Source: Albugo candida (Eukaryota). From it: a DNA stretch of 64,000 bases. Where the stretch lies: positions 1 through 64,000 of the forward strand of contig JBDOQK010000010.1 of assembly GCA_040437565.1 (NCBI GenBank), read 5' to 3'. The notes under the pieces were generated by a model. It did not search any database and was not told the origin of the DNA. It saw nothing but the letters and a program-made list of their open reading frames with translations. Positions 24,471 to 35,687 of the stretch are shown here, in pieces. The first letter of the stretch is position 1, and every line of letters begins with the position of its first letter. Made by a program: the position numbers and the translations under genes.

Positions 24471-24935
24471 CTATAACGGTAGGTCTTCGCAGTTTTCCGG
24501 TTTCTTATCGGCGGAACAACCAGTGCAGATTCTATCGAACGACTTGTCGCTCGCTTTCAGGCTTTTGGCGCGGCAACGTGCCGTTCTGAACACGCACGAA
24601 TTCAGCCACTTTTCTTTACTTGGCCCCTCAGTCTCTTTGCACACAGGTTGACTGTGCGTTTTGCACATCGCTATGTTACAGTCACTGCCGTCCTCGCCCT
24701 CAAATGGTCCACAGTCTCCAAAATGTCCAAATCCATCATTCTTATTCTTCAAATAAGCTGTTTCAAATGCACACATACTCTCGTATTGTTTATTATCCTT
24801 CGAGCACACCGATTTTGGAACACGTTTTTTACTTTTATGTCGGCTATCCTTTTCAAATGGCAACACTTTTGCACTGCATCCCATGAACCAGCAGAGAATG
24901 TTTATAAAGAGAATAGTTCGTGACAAGTTGGCCAT
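24471..24935 (-). CDS. Secreted Kazal-like inhibitor, paralog of 21977
   Basis: Signal peptide MANLSRTILFINILCWFMGCSA; VCSKDNKQYESMC, GDC, CNIAMCKTHSQPVC, WLNSCVFRTARC. Confidence 0.75.
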   Translation of the reverse strand: MANLSRTILFINILCWFMGCSAKVLPFEKDSRHKSKKRVPKSVCSKDNKQYESMCAFETAYLKNKNDGFGHFGDCGPFEGEDGSDCNIAMCKTHSQPVCKETEGPSKEKWLNSCVFRTARCRAKSLKASDKSFDRICTGCSADKKPENCEDLPL

Positions 24936-25872
24936 GATTGTGAAAATCTGTGAATGACTATATTTACAAGTATTGAGAATTCAAGTTGGTGCAAAGGCTC
25001 TGTTCAGAAAGAAGAGAAGCGTGACATGTGGAGTGATATATTCAAATCTGGCACGTGTCAGCCAGATACCAATTCAATCTGGTCGTAGAATCGATCATCG
25101 TAAAGTGATCGGTTTACTCATTCCATTCTCCTGAAACATATGTGCATGTGGCAAACGCCACCAGCTATACACTTGCATCCACCCTTTGATTACCTGTAAA
25201 TTGACTACAGTTTACACTTCCTGTTACAAAGTCTATACTATCTTCCCATCCGATCCGCTGTAGCGTCCACTTCTATACTATTCGCTAGTGCTTGATCAGA
25301 AGAAAAAAAATACCTTGAAGCATACATATAGATTCTTTGCGTCGACAGACTGATCGGGAATGTAGGCCTCAATCGTGGTTATAAGAAATAGTCCTAATCG
25401 TGCTCACATCAGCGTGCATTTTGGCGTTAACGTCATCAACGCTTCTCGAAACGATCGAAAGACGAACTTACGCGCCGATACCGAACATCCTGAGCTTCAA
25501 CAATCGCCAGCCTCTCCATCCGTAAAAGTCACTAAGAGAACTTCATCTTCTTCTGTCCTAGTCTCTACATAGATCATGCATTCGTTATGCCCGCAATTAC
25601 AGTAGAGGCAGATCACATCGTTTGTAATCCATCTAGAAATTCTGATCTATCAAACCAAGTTGAAGCTTGTATATAATTCATTGTCCGATCAGAATGGAGG
25701 TCCCTGCAAATTGGCACTGCGACCTAGCAAACTGTATCGCTACGACCAATTCCATCTAAATCGATACTTGGCTGCATCTATTTTGAGCGTCGTTGAAATG
25801 TTATTTATGTCTCTGTCTGTGAGGTTTTTGGCGTTGGGATGAGCATTTCTTCTCGGAACGATTCAGACAGAG

Positions 25873-26697
25873 ATGGTTGCTGAAACTTTGAATGCGTCAC
25901 CAAATAAAGCTTCTCGAAGTAGTCCGTCAAAATTTGTCATTTACACAGGCTTTAACGATATCAAGTCTTCTTGTGGTGAGCAAGTGGATTCAAGAAAAGT
26001 AACAGCACCATATACAGTGTTTGGTAGCAGTCCTCGACCCAAGCCATCCAATGGTGCTAAATCACCAGGACCTGGGTCGTACCAAATTCCATCAACGCTA
26101 GGCAAAGCTGTTTTGTCGACTATTCAACAAGCACCGTCCTGTTCACTTAGTGGACGTGACAAATTCGGATCTGCCATTGATATCAAACTTGCAGCATCGA
26201 GTCCAGGACCAGGTGATTATAGCAGCAAAGTTGTCAATCTTCGTGAACAGAACGCACCAAAATTTTCGTTGGGTAAAAAATGGAGCTCCAACGCGGATGC
26301 TAATAAGAAGGTTCCTGGTCCGGGTGCGTACGAGGCATCCAATTCCATTGGTCCGACTTTTTTATCAACTCAGAAAAGCAATCCTGCTTCCGCATTCCCT
26401 CGGGGCGAGCGAACACCACTGACTCCAAATAGCACACCGGATGTAGGACCAGGTCAATACGGTGTCGTGGTGACATCAGTAGGAAAGCAAACGATCTCAA
26501 CTCTTTCGACGCCAGCGTCTTTCTCATTCGGCACACAAGAACGCAGCAAAACGAGCAAAACCAAAGAGCTTGATAATGCAGGACAGGGACGATATTACTC
26601 GGCCAGGAGTTCTGTCGGTAAACAAAGTGAATCGATCTATCCTTCCTCTCCGGGTATATCTATGTCAGGTAGAACAAAGTTTGGGAGTCATTTTTAA
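25873..26697 (+). CDS. SHIPPO-repeat (ODF3/STPG-like) flagellar protein
   Basis: Repeats SPGPGSY, SPGPGDY, VPGPGAY, VGPGQY, each followed by P.xS/F...R motifs. Confidence 0.85.
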   Translation: MVAETLNASPNKASRSSPSKFVIYTGFNDIKSSCGEQVDSRKVTAPYTVFGSSPRPKPSNGAKSPGPGSYQIPSTLGKAVLSTIQQAPSCSLSGRDKFGSAIDIKLAASSPGPGDYSSKVVNLREQNAPKFSLGKKWSSNADANKKVPGPGAYEASNSIGPTFLSTQKSNPASAFPRGERTPLTPNSTPDVGPGQYGVVVTSVGKQTISTLSTPASFSFGTQERSKTSKTKELDNAGQGRYYSARSSVGKQSESIYPSSPGISMSGRTKFGSHF

Positions 26698-26731
26698 GGT
26701 TCTGTTGCAATAGTATCAGATTTATTTCATA

Positions 26732-27252
26732 TTACGAGGACTTTTGTTCATCTTCCATTTCAAAGTCTTCCTCTTGTTGATCCTTCCAAGCTTTTGCCAT
26801 TTGAAACTCATTATAATGTACCTTTCGCTTCTCATTAAAAAGCTTGCCTGTATCACCATTCAGCTCCGAGTGTTTTTTCTTTGTCCAACTTTCCTCGTCT
26901 GCATTTTTTTGTGCTTGTTCGACACCCTCCAATTTCGCATGAAATTCTTTCCACTGAAAACAATGAAGAACTTAGATTTGACTGCATGCACTTGGCTGAA
27001 GGTCCTACCTCAAGCGCGTGTGGCTGTTTCTGGTCGGATCCTTGGACTCGCTCATTAGCACGTTTCAAAGTGAGTAGAGGTATTCCTACCTTCCTTCTGG
27101 TGATAACGGTACGGAGTCTTCGGTTCTTCTATCTTCATCCGTGTTCCGCGATCGAGATTGTGCCTGGCAATGGTCTCCTCATCCCACTTGATGCGTGCAG
27201 GTCCATGCTCTGCGTCGCTGTTCCTGTCGCCTGTAAATTGTCGACCTGACAT
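26732..27252 (-). CDS. Protein phosphatase 1 inhibitor-2-like, 3 exons
   Basis: IKWDE, MKIEEPKTPY and FNEKRKVHYNEF are the conserved I-2 motifs; two GTAGGA...AG introns join them in frame. Confidence 0.88.
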
Positions 27253-27579
27253 GGGAAGCTGTTAGAATCGTAAGTAAGCGCATCGTAACGGTCGAAAATA
27301 TGCTTTTATTAATGGCTCTAGCTTTGAGAGGAGGAGGGAATGTCAGCAACAGCCGCTGCAATCGGACAGAGTATTAAGGCGCAAGTTGGCACGTCATTAG
27401 GGTGAAATATGTATTCAAATTATATCATGCTCTGGAGTATGGCAAGTGTGCAGAAAGAAGAGGCTTTAAAATAGAATACGGAGTGTCGCGGTTCTATAGC
27501 GCCATTCACTGAGGTGATGACTCCGATCAATCGCTGTTGTTGGCGATTAATGGCTGCAGAAGGATGCGCTAAGTTTGTG

Positions 27580-27930
27580 GCTTATACAGCCGACAGAAAG
27601 CGCTGAATGGCTTCGAAACATCCATACATCGCTACTTCGCCCTGATTCGATGAAAATGCGCATACATTCTATTTGAATTGCGTAATGGGCGGACAAAGTA
27701 CGCGAATGCTTGCCGAAATTGCAAAGGATTCCATGGAGATTATCGAACAAACGAGTAAGAGAGTATATGAGCAAAATGTGTATGCAAAGAAGCAGGTAAA
27801 TGCCCAGGTTCAAAAACTGAAGGAAACGCAAATTGAGCTGAAAAAGCAACAAAATACTGCTCAAACAGAAATGATCAATTCACTTTTGAAGCTACAGACA
27901 CAGAAACAGCGACTTGACCAATCAGTACGC
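27580..27930 (+). CDS. Hypothetical coiled-coil protein, probably multi-exon; boundaries uncertain
   Basis: Heptad-like, Q/K/E-rich ORF (KKQVNAQVQKLKETQIELKKQQ) with plausible splice sites nearby. Confidence 0.4.
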
Positions 27931-28134
27931 GCAATCCGATGTTTTCGTTACAGTTCGATCTTAATTCACACTCGTAGGCCGTGAAATTTGCAGATCACTT
28001 CAGTTTGGAAAAGAGAGGGAGGAATGGCGCACCACCCGATGCCAATACAACATTGTAGAGGTATAGCGCGCTCAGGTTCACGTCGAAGAGGTAGTATAGT
28101 GAAAATAATGTACACAAATCATTATGCGTTATGG

Positions 28135-29073
28135 TCAAAGTCCTGCACTTTCAGCACAATGCAACTGAATCCATGAATGTTCTAGTAAGTTTGGTAGCGA
28201 TATCCTGAGCTGTGGATCTCTTTGCAATATCTTCTGCAACAAGTCACGTGCAGGAGACGATACATGACTCGGAAACTGTAAATCAACCGATGCGATCCGT
28301 TTATAGGTCTCTGTGTTTCCTATAGCTTCGAATGGAGGAGCTCCAACTAGGAATTCGTACATAAGCACGCCCAATGTCCAGACATCCACATTCTCATCAT
28401 GAGGTTTATTTTCGATCATTTCTGGAGGGAGATAATCCAGCGTACCACAAAGTGTGGTTCGTCTTGATGTCGGCGCATGAACAGACCATCCGAAATCAGC
28501 AATCTTGAGCTGTCCATTGTATCCAACCAGGAGATTCTCCGGCTTGATATCTCGATGAATTACATGCTTACTGTGCATATATATCAGCGCTCGAGCCAGC
28601 TCTTGAACGTACAGCGCTGATTGACGCTCGGTAAAGCGCCCTTCCTGTACAAGATATTTGTACAACTCTCCTCTTGGTGCATATTCGATAATCAAGTAAA
28701 CGCGTTTTGCATCGTAAAAGTAGCCATACAACCGCAAGATGTTTTTGTGCCTTAAATGTGATTGAATCTCAATCTCTCGACGAAGTTGATGTTCGACGTT
28801 CGATTTCATTAATTGTTGTTTCTGTAAGACTTTGAGTGCAATCACATACTTTGATTTCTTCTCTCGTGCGAGATAAACACTTCCAAATTTGCCTTTTCCT
28901 AATGGTTTTCCAATCTCAAAATCACTCAATTTCCACGTTTTGCGGTGCGTATTCGATACGCTATGGCGAACTTTGACGGATGGAGCTGACGATAAACGAT
29001 TCAGTTTGGTTGTCTGTGATGCAGCCACAGCGTCATTGAAAGTACTTGCGCTCGCATTTGTCGGAGCTTTCAT
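28135..29073 (-). CDS. Aurora kinase
   Basis: [71 protein letters not shown]. Confidence 0.97.
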   Translation of the reverse strand: MKAPTNASASTFNDAVAASQTTKLNRLSSAPSVKVRHSVSNTHRKTWKLSDFEIGKPLGKGKFGSVYLAREKKSKYVIALKVLQKQQLMKSNVEHQLRREIEIQSHLRHKNILRLYGYFYDAKRVYLIIEYAPRGELYKYLVQEGRFTERQSALYVQELARALIYMHSKHVIHRDIKPENLLVGYNGQLKIADFGWSVHAPTSRRTTLCGTLDYLPPEMIENKPHDENVDVWTLGVLMYEFLVGAPPFEAIGNTETYKRIASVDLQFPSHVSSPARDLLQKILQRDPQLRISLPNLLEHSWIQLHCAESAGL

Positions 29074-29161
29074 CGGAGATATCGTAAGTTCGCGTCTTGA
29101 TTTAAAGATTTGAATTTCCGCCCTTATCGCACCTAGTTTATGTACGCCTGTATCTGATAAA

Positions 29162-31164
29162 ATGACATCGGAAGCCTCAACAGCGCCGCCGAAAGCTCAA
29201 AAAAGAAACGCAAGTCGATGTGCTAACTCGTCAAACATCATTATTGTTGATGAGCTACAAGCAATGCGCAAGAAAATGCGTCCGAACTCAAACCTGTCGA
29301 GCAATTATCAGCGCGCAATTACCTCCATACAAAAGTTTGCTTTTCCTATTCGATCCGGATCAGAAGCGCGGTGCTTGAAGAATATCGGGAATTACATGGC
29401 CAATCAGATTCAATCGATATTGAACAAAGAATCAGAGAAAATTGGAAATGAAACAAAGCAGAACGATTCCGATCCCATTCAGAAATGCAATCGTGTGGCT
29501 ACTGATGCCGCTGGCTCTGATAAAGCTCCTTGTCACACAAGACTCTCGAAAGAATACGTTCCTGCGTTCCAAAAGCGTTTGTAAAGTGTTTTTATGTTGA
29601 GTTCCCATCCGTAACGATCGAGCTTGTAGAGCCCTGGTTTATTCTGTCAGCATTGAATGAGAAAAAAGCGATATCCGACAGTTGTGCTATCCATCTTAAG
29701 GAGATTTATCAGCATGCAAAGTCATATGGAGTACGTTATGTTTGGCTGTCACTTACTATTGAAATACCGAGTTGTTTTTGCAAGTTACAAGGAACGATGA
29801 ACCAATTGAAGACTTGCTGTGCGCAATTAAGTTCATCACATCAAGTGATCGACAGGAATGTATATGGTGCTTGGTTCTTGACTGGAAAAGGGAAGCAAAG
29901 CGCTCAGCGGTGCGCTTTAATGGCTCAAGGAACGATTTGTGATGACTTCAGCAGGAAAACAGCCCAAGTGCGTGGAGTTCACGATACGTTGTCAGATCAA
30001 TGCAGCAAGACACATACAGGTCATTATGAATATTGAAATGTTTTGTGGGCCCGCTAATATGGTGCACCGTAGGGTCTGATGTCGAAAATATCGACCCGGA
30101 GGCCGAAAATGAACCACATATTGATGAAAAGAATACTCGGTCAAATTTACTCTATAATGAGTATTTATGTCGAGACAAGGACTCTTGGACACTGGTTTTA
30201 CTACTGGATCATCGAGAAGTCTTATCACGGCGAAACAGATCGATTCTAGAGCGTAAATTGACCGAACGTGGTGTCACCTGCGAGGTCCGTGGACTACATA
30301 TTGGAGATATGATTTGGATTGCCCGGCGCACTCGGGGTGAGCGTATTGATGGTGAGTAGTCAGCTTGATTTGAGACTTGCATTAAAAGTGTATTGAAATG
30401 GATAGAGTTTGTGCTCAATGTGATCGTTGAGCGAAAAGAAGTCCGAGACCTGTCTGGAAGCATAATTGATCGAAGGTACTGATTCAACCATCACATCGGT
30501 TCGTTTCTGATTACGTGATAGATTCGCAGAGCAAAAGCACCGACTACAAGCTTGCGGTCTGTATCAAGTCGTCTACCTCGTCGAAGGCTCCATGACCCAG
30601 CAAACAACAATAACGAAAGATGGGATGGAAGACGCGCTGTGTCTCACCGAGTTTCGTAACGATTTCTTGGTACACATGAGTCAAAACGCGGATGAGACAG
30701 TGGCATTTTTATCAGCAATACATCGTCGCCTTCTTGCACGATTTCCAAGAGATCAATGCTTCAACCCGGAAATAGAAGAAGCTCTGTGTGCATCGAAATT
30801 CCTTTCTTCTGAAACGACTACATTCACAGCGCTTTTTGCAAAACCTCTCATCAGCTTTGGTGAATTTAATCGGAAATTCCAAAAACGGACCAACTTCAGT
30901 GTGAGCGAAATGTATCAACGAATGCTGACTCAAATACCAAGCCTTTCAACCTCCAAAATCGCGGCTATTGTCCACCAGTTCAAGAACTTTACTGAACTAA
31001 TAGAAGCGATAAATCCCAGTGAGCAATTAGGCGGTGACGAAATGGATGCAAGTGTGTCTCGTCTTGGTCATATACGGTACGGTGAGAATAATCGACTGCT
31101 GGATACCAGGACGCGAAACATTATCAGGATACTGCTACAATCGGAGAATTATGAATTGTCATAA
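29162..31164 (+). CDS. MUS81: Crossover junction endonuclease MUS81, multi-exon
   Basis: N-terminal HhH ([28 protein letters not shown]); ERCC4 domain LLLDHRE...GDMIW...[16 protein letters not shown]...EQKHRL...YLVEG; C-terminal HhH (MLTQIPSLS). Confidence 0.9.
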
Positions 31165-31586
31165 CGGTCCATGAAGGAATAGGACACGAACTTTTCACGG
31201 AACCAGATTCATTCCGATCGATTCGTTCCGCCAACTCGCCATCTGAGTACAGTATCCTTCACAGCGGCACTGTCCAAAGCAACCAACGACTTTGACGTCA
31301 ACATGATGGTTAATTTGCCCTCACTGAAAAGCAGCTTTTTTGTCAGCAGATCAAAGGACTTGCTGTAAAGAGGTGAGAAATGCAAAAAAGAATTTGTATT
31401 GATGCCGAAAGAGAAATTTAATCCAATTGTGTAACGCCGTGCTTCAGCACACTGAGCGTTGTGTCCAGAATTACTGCAGGCCACCAATATTGGAGTACAA
31501 TTCCCATATTGGATCTTTGAACATCCGGTCAGGCGGAACTATGTGCCACGATTGTAGGCGCTAAAGTTTCTGCAGAAAGCATATCG

Positions 31587-32240
31587 AGTTGAAGGTGTCT
31601 ACATTACTATACTTATATACACTGGCTTCTTCAGCGTACGCTATACGCTATGGTTCAAACTTCCAGAAAGACGCCTGGTGAGTTCCTTTCGTACGTACTG
31701 GTAAGCTGCAGCCTGCGTTACAATGCTGGTCAACGGATTCCATTTTGCACGGTTTTATGGAAGTTGTACAAAGTAGTGTAGAGTCTTGAGTCGTAGACGT
31801 ACGATCGGAGGTCTTTGGTAACACCGTGGGACGTAGGTTGCCTCCGAAGCTTTGAGATTCGGGTGGTAGGTTGAAATACTGGATCATCATGATTTTGGGA
31901 TGAATTTGGTCCGGTCTTGGCATATTGTGATCGAAAAGGCCCTACAAGGCTGATGTGATGTCCAGACGGGGAATTATTGTCTGACATTTCTACCAACTTC
32001 CTTACAAGCAATATGTGCACGGGACTGGGTATGCGGAGAACGCGACCTAGTTGGCGATGACGATAAGATAGTTGGTTGAGATCTAGTTTCGCCAATACCA
32101 AAGCACCAAAACTGTAGAATAGTATCTGTAGGAAGGACACGTTGTATACTCAGGCTCGGATGTTCGCAGAGACGCTTGTAGTGCAAATCGGTAAAGTTTG
32201 AAGAGCGTCTACTCGCCGAGGCTTTGCTGTATGCCACATT
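31587..32240 (-). mobile_element. Diverged 3' fragment of a related non-LTR element
   Basis: Same terminus TAGACACCTTCAACT; the peptide LYTTLYNFHKTVQNGIR resembles FTTLQLYSIYKSWTQSRIR of the 1.9-kb copy. 5' limit uncertain. Confidence 0.5.
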
Positions 32241-32969
32241 CTCATGACCTCCAATTCACATGTCATGACTCCGACTGTTAACGTCCTGGTTGTCTCTAGT
32301 TTTAGACATACATGTTCTTCCTGAGGAAAAAAAACGCGAGATCATCGGCATGGATTTCGTAGAGTTTCTCTATGACAAGTCCAGTGCAGTACAAAGGTCA
32401 CGTAAGGCTGCGTCAAGATACAGGACGAATATGAGGAGACAAAGAAGCCACCTGAGGGGTGCCGTTCTAGCTAGAGAAGGGATTACGAGGCGCATATGGT
32501 GAAACCGATTGGCGAGTAGTAGTTTGAGGTGAGCATCGTCTACAGGAAGGAAAATAGAGGACTGCGATGAATTTAAAGCGATTGATGGTGTCGAAAGTGT
32601 TGCTCACGCCGATGATGAGGATGTATAGGGTGCTTTGATACTTTGGGGAAGCCGCACTCCATTATTGAGCTTGTACCGAGTCTTTCATGCTTTTGACTCG
32701 TCTCAATCCATTTCGATGGATGATAGCTAGGCTTCAACGCGATCCCTCAACCTATGCAGTATAACAAAAGATAGCATTATCTGGTCGTGGTCGTAAGGCT
32801 ATCCGGCGTAGGTAGGAGCATTGTCTTCGCCACGAATCGCTTTCGATACCGCAATCACGCAGACAATAATTTAAAAGTATAACTCTAGCGTCATCACCTG
32901 TAAAATTTGAGGATTCTGCATTCGATTATTTTCTTGTAAACACAAGATTCGATGCTGTAGCGTTTTTGT

Positions 32970-34400
32970 TCCGTGAGCTTGTGCTGCTGCTTAATCTGCG
33001 ATGTGAGGTCGCGTGTGTTGAAAAGTGCATATACTTCAGCGGTGAAAATCAAGGAGCCAGTGCATGGGCGGACATCATTTCTTCTCCTCGCAGATGAAAA
33101 TACATTGACCCATAAGAATCTGTCAAGAAGTACCTATGAGCGTTGCCGAAATGTCTTGTTGGTGGCATTCCTTCAAGCGGTCACCGCAATACACCACACC
33201 ATACTGGACATAGCTACCCAAGTAGAACTGGATTAAACACAAGCTTGCACTTTGATTTGTCGAGCTTCGAAAAATCAACCAATGCTCCTCGCTTCAGAGT
33301 TGGTCCAGAACCTTTCTAAGCCGAGATGCGTTCGTGTTGATCGTAGACTTGACTTCAAAAGCTGAAACGCGCGCACTAAACGCGGTTTAGATCATGAAGT
33401 TGCAGAAGTTGCTGGTACCTGCTTGAGTAAATGTCGATCCGGTCGATCTAGACGAATTGCAGTGTGACTACCTGCAATGCAGGTCATAAGTCGGACCGAA
33501 TTTGCTGAAAAGCCTTTTGAATTCGTCAGTATTGACGGCACAATAGCACATGCAATAGGCATACAAGGTAATTGCGATAAAATTTAGTCCTTAATGGAGT
33601 AGCTCCAGCCAGGAATTGTGGCGTGTGATTATATGTTGCACTAGTGCGCAATATGAAATCGGGCTGGGTGTCTTATAAAATTCAGATCCGAGATCTAGGT
33701 TTCAGAACTTTTAGCATCCTAGAAAGTAGACGAAAATGTACACATCTCTATAAAATTCGGTAAGACTATTTCGAAGAAGACGTGATGCAGCCCAAAACGT
33801 TGTGTCCGTTCTGGATCTACCACGTCCGATCTATCACGCGATAAACAATATGTCGGCATGGGATGACTATTTTTTTCTTTGGAAGAGTTTCATACGATTA
33901 GTGAGACCTGATAGTGAAAAATAAGAGATAATTGGATACTGCTCCTTGCCTTGCACGCCCATAGTATCCATCCTTTCACTTGTATTTGCTTGGAAGTAAT
34001 TGATGGGACCAACTGGTGAGTGAACAAGCTGTAGTCTTATTGAGGTGACTTCAATATGAAGTCAGCACAGCAACTTTTCTTTCAACGTAGCCGATTTGGT
34101 CAACTCTTCGTCGTTATGATATATGTCGATGAATGGGTCCTTTATCGGCCATGGATGCAGATGCCATGTTCTTTACGTTGCAGAAGTAGATTTTTTAAAG
34201 GTTCGATCGTCATCAATAAAGGTAATGCTGAGAGGGCATCGCCTTGTGAGATTTCACGTTATGATGTAATTCACGGTGGAATGTTGCCATTAATGATTAG
34301 CTGCGTCTTTTGTCGAAATACGAACCCGGTCGATGAAACTTCATCCAACGCGCATATTTTACAAACCGAAAAACATATGCGGTAAATTGACTCGGCTATA
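32970..34400 (+). mobile_element. Highly decayed Ty1/copia pol relic
   Basis: LFVVMIYVDE...INKGNAE...CEISR resembles copia RT (YVDD...KDLG...EIxR); HGRTSFLLLADE upstream resembles the integrase core, in copia order. Confidence 0.4.
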
Positions 34401-34548
34401 GAATTTCTCGAGGTTAAAAAAAGTCGCGTACGCTTTTGTTCCTCACGACGAGTGAGTGACTAAGTCTTATATTTTGGCGAGATATCGAGTGTGGTGATGC
34501 ATCGACCTTCCTTCCTTGATCTTGATAAATCAATTTAGACAAAAAGCT

Positions 34549-34770
34549 GTCTTTCCCAGCTCAGAAGGTAGAGTATGTGAATACCAGGGTGGATGTCATT
34601 GGCTCGAGGGCCGGCAGCGTAGGCAACGGTTTGAGCCCACCCACGCGGAAAATTAAAAAAGATCTGCCTCCCGACGTTCGAAGCAAGGCCTAAGTGATAT
34701 GCACAAGGTCAAGTGAATATGATCGGATAGAGGAGGTAGGAAAAGCTCTAGGCAAAAGTATAATGAAATA
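34549..34770 (+). mobile_element. tRNA-derived SINE copy
   Basis: A-box-like AGCTCAGAAGGTAGAG; body shares CGGTTTGA(G/T)CCCACCC, ATCTGCCTCCC, ATGATNGGATA and TAATGAAAT with the 48531-48773 copy. Confidence 0.7.
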
Positions 34771-34913
34771 CGGTGATAAAAGTAGCATAGTCGAGGATTG
34801 CATACGATGTTGAAGATCGAAAGCATTTATTTGGGATTATCTTGAAATGTAGGGTTTACGTGGATGCGCTAAAAGGATCGAAGCGATGGCGTCTTTTTCG
34901 TTCTTTCACTGCT

Positions 34914-35687
34914 TCACTTCTTGTGCTTCTTTCCGGAGCGCATCGTTGGTTCTTCATCCAATCGATGTTTCGATGTCTTTGACAAACCCATTCCTTGAAA
35001 TCCTTGTAAAATTTCTTGTCCGTGTATCGAAAAATCAAGGTGTGGGCTGGATACAGCAGCATCACAATCCATGTCATCATCTGTAGACTCCTCTGAGTTA
35101 CTGCCTCTGAAAGCATTGTCTTTTTCTGAACAGTTGCCGAAATTTTTCGCACAATCAATCCTCTTACGTCGGTCGGGACTGGTTAAAGCCGTATGTTTGG
35201 CTTCTGCAGACTCCCCAATGTGTGGGCTGGATTGAGCAGTATCATCATCCGTGTCATTATCAGTAGACTCGTCTGAGGCAGTGCTTCTGTAACCAAAGTC
35301 CCTATTTGAATAGTTATGGGCATACTTCTTAGAATCAATCCTGTTACTTCGGTTCGCTGAAGCAGTATGTTTGGTTTCTGCAGACTTCTGTCCATCATTC
35401 CCTGTGCATGATTGAGCTACTACAGCACTCGATGATGATTCCGAGGTGGTCACCGAGCTACATTCAGGCGGCGGAGTTGAAGATTTTTTGTGACTCCTAT
35501 TCAACATCAGTACACGACTTCGACCAGAAATCTGATTGATGTCGTTGGAGCTCGTACCGGTTTCCATTCTCAGTCCGAGAGGAATTGTTCCCATGTCTTT
35601 TCTCCCGCCTCCACCTTCTCGTACTAATGCTCCATTTACTGAGGTCGTAATTATTAGCAGCTTTGCAACCGAAATGTGAGCTTTCAT
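34914..35687 (-). CDS. Secreted S/D-rich protein with a ~59-aa internal duplication (candidate effector)
   Basis: Signal-like MKAHISVAKLLIITTSVNG; SAE(T/A)KHTA...RID...ESTD.D.D.D.A.SSPH occurs twice; basic C-terminus SGKKHKK. Confidence 0.65.
   Translation of the reverse strand: MKAHISVAKLLIITTSVNGALVREGGGGRKDMGTIPLGLRMETGTSSNDINQISGRSRVLMLNRSHKKSSTPPPECSSVTTSESSSSAVVAQSCTGNDGQKSAETKHTASANRSNRIDSKKYAHNYSNRDFGYRSTASDESTDNDTDDDTAQSSPHIGESAEAKHTALTSPDRRKRIDCAKNFGNCSEKDNAFRGSNSEESTDDDMDCDAAVSSPHLDFSIHGQEILQGFQGMGLSKTSKHRLDEEPTMRSGKKHKK

Noticed and set aside
31730-32140. Signal-peptide ORF as a candidate effector
   Set aside because: It starts at GTG, not ATG, and lies within the retroelement-derived fragment.
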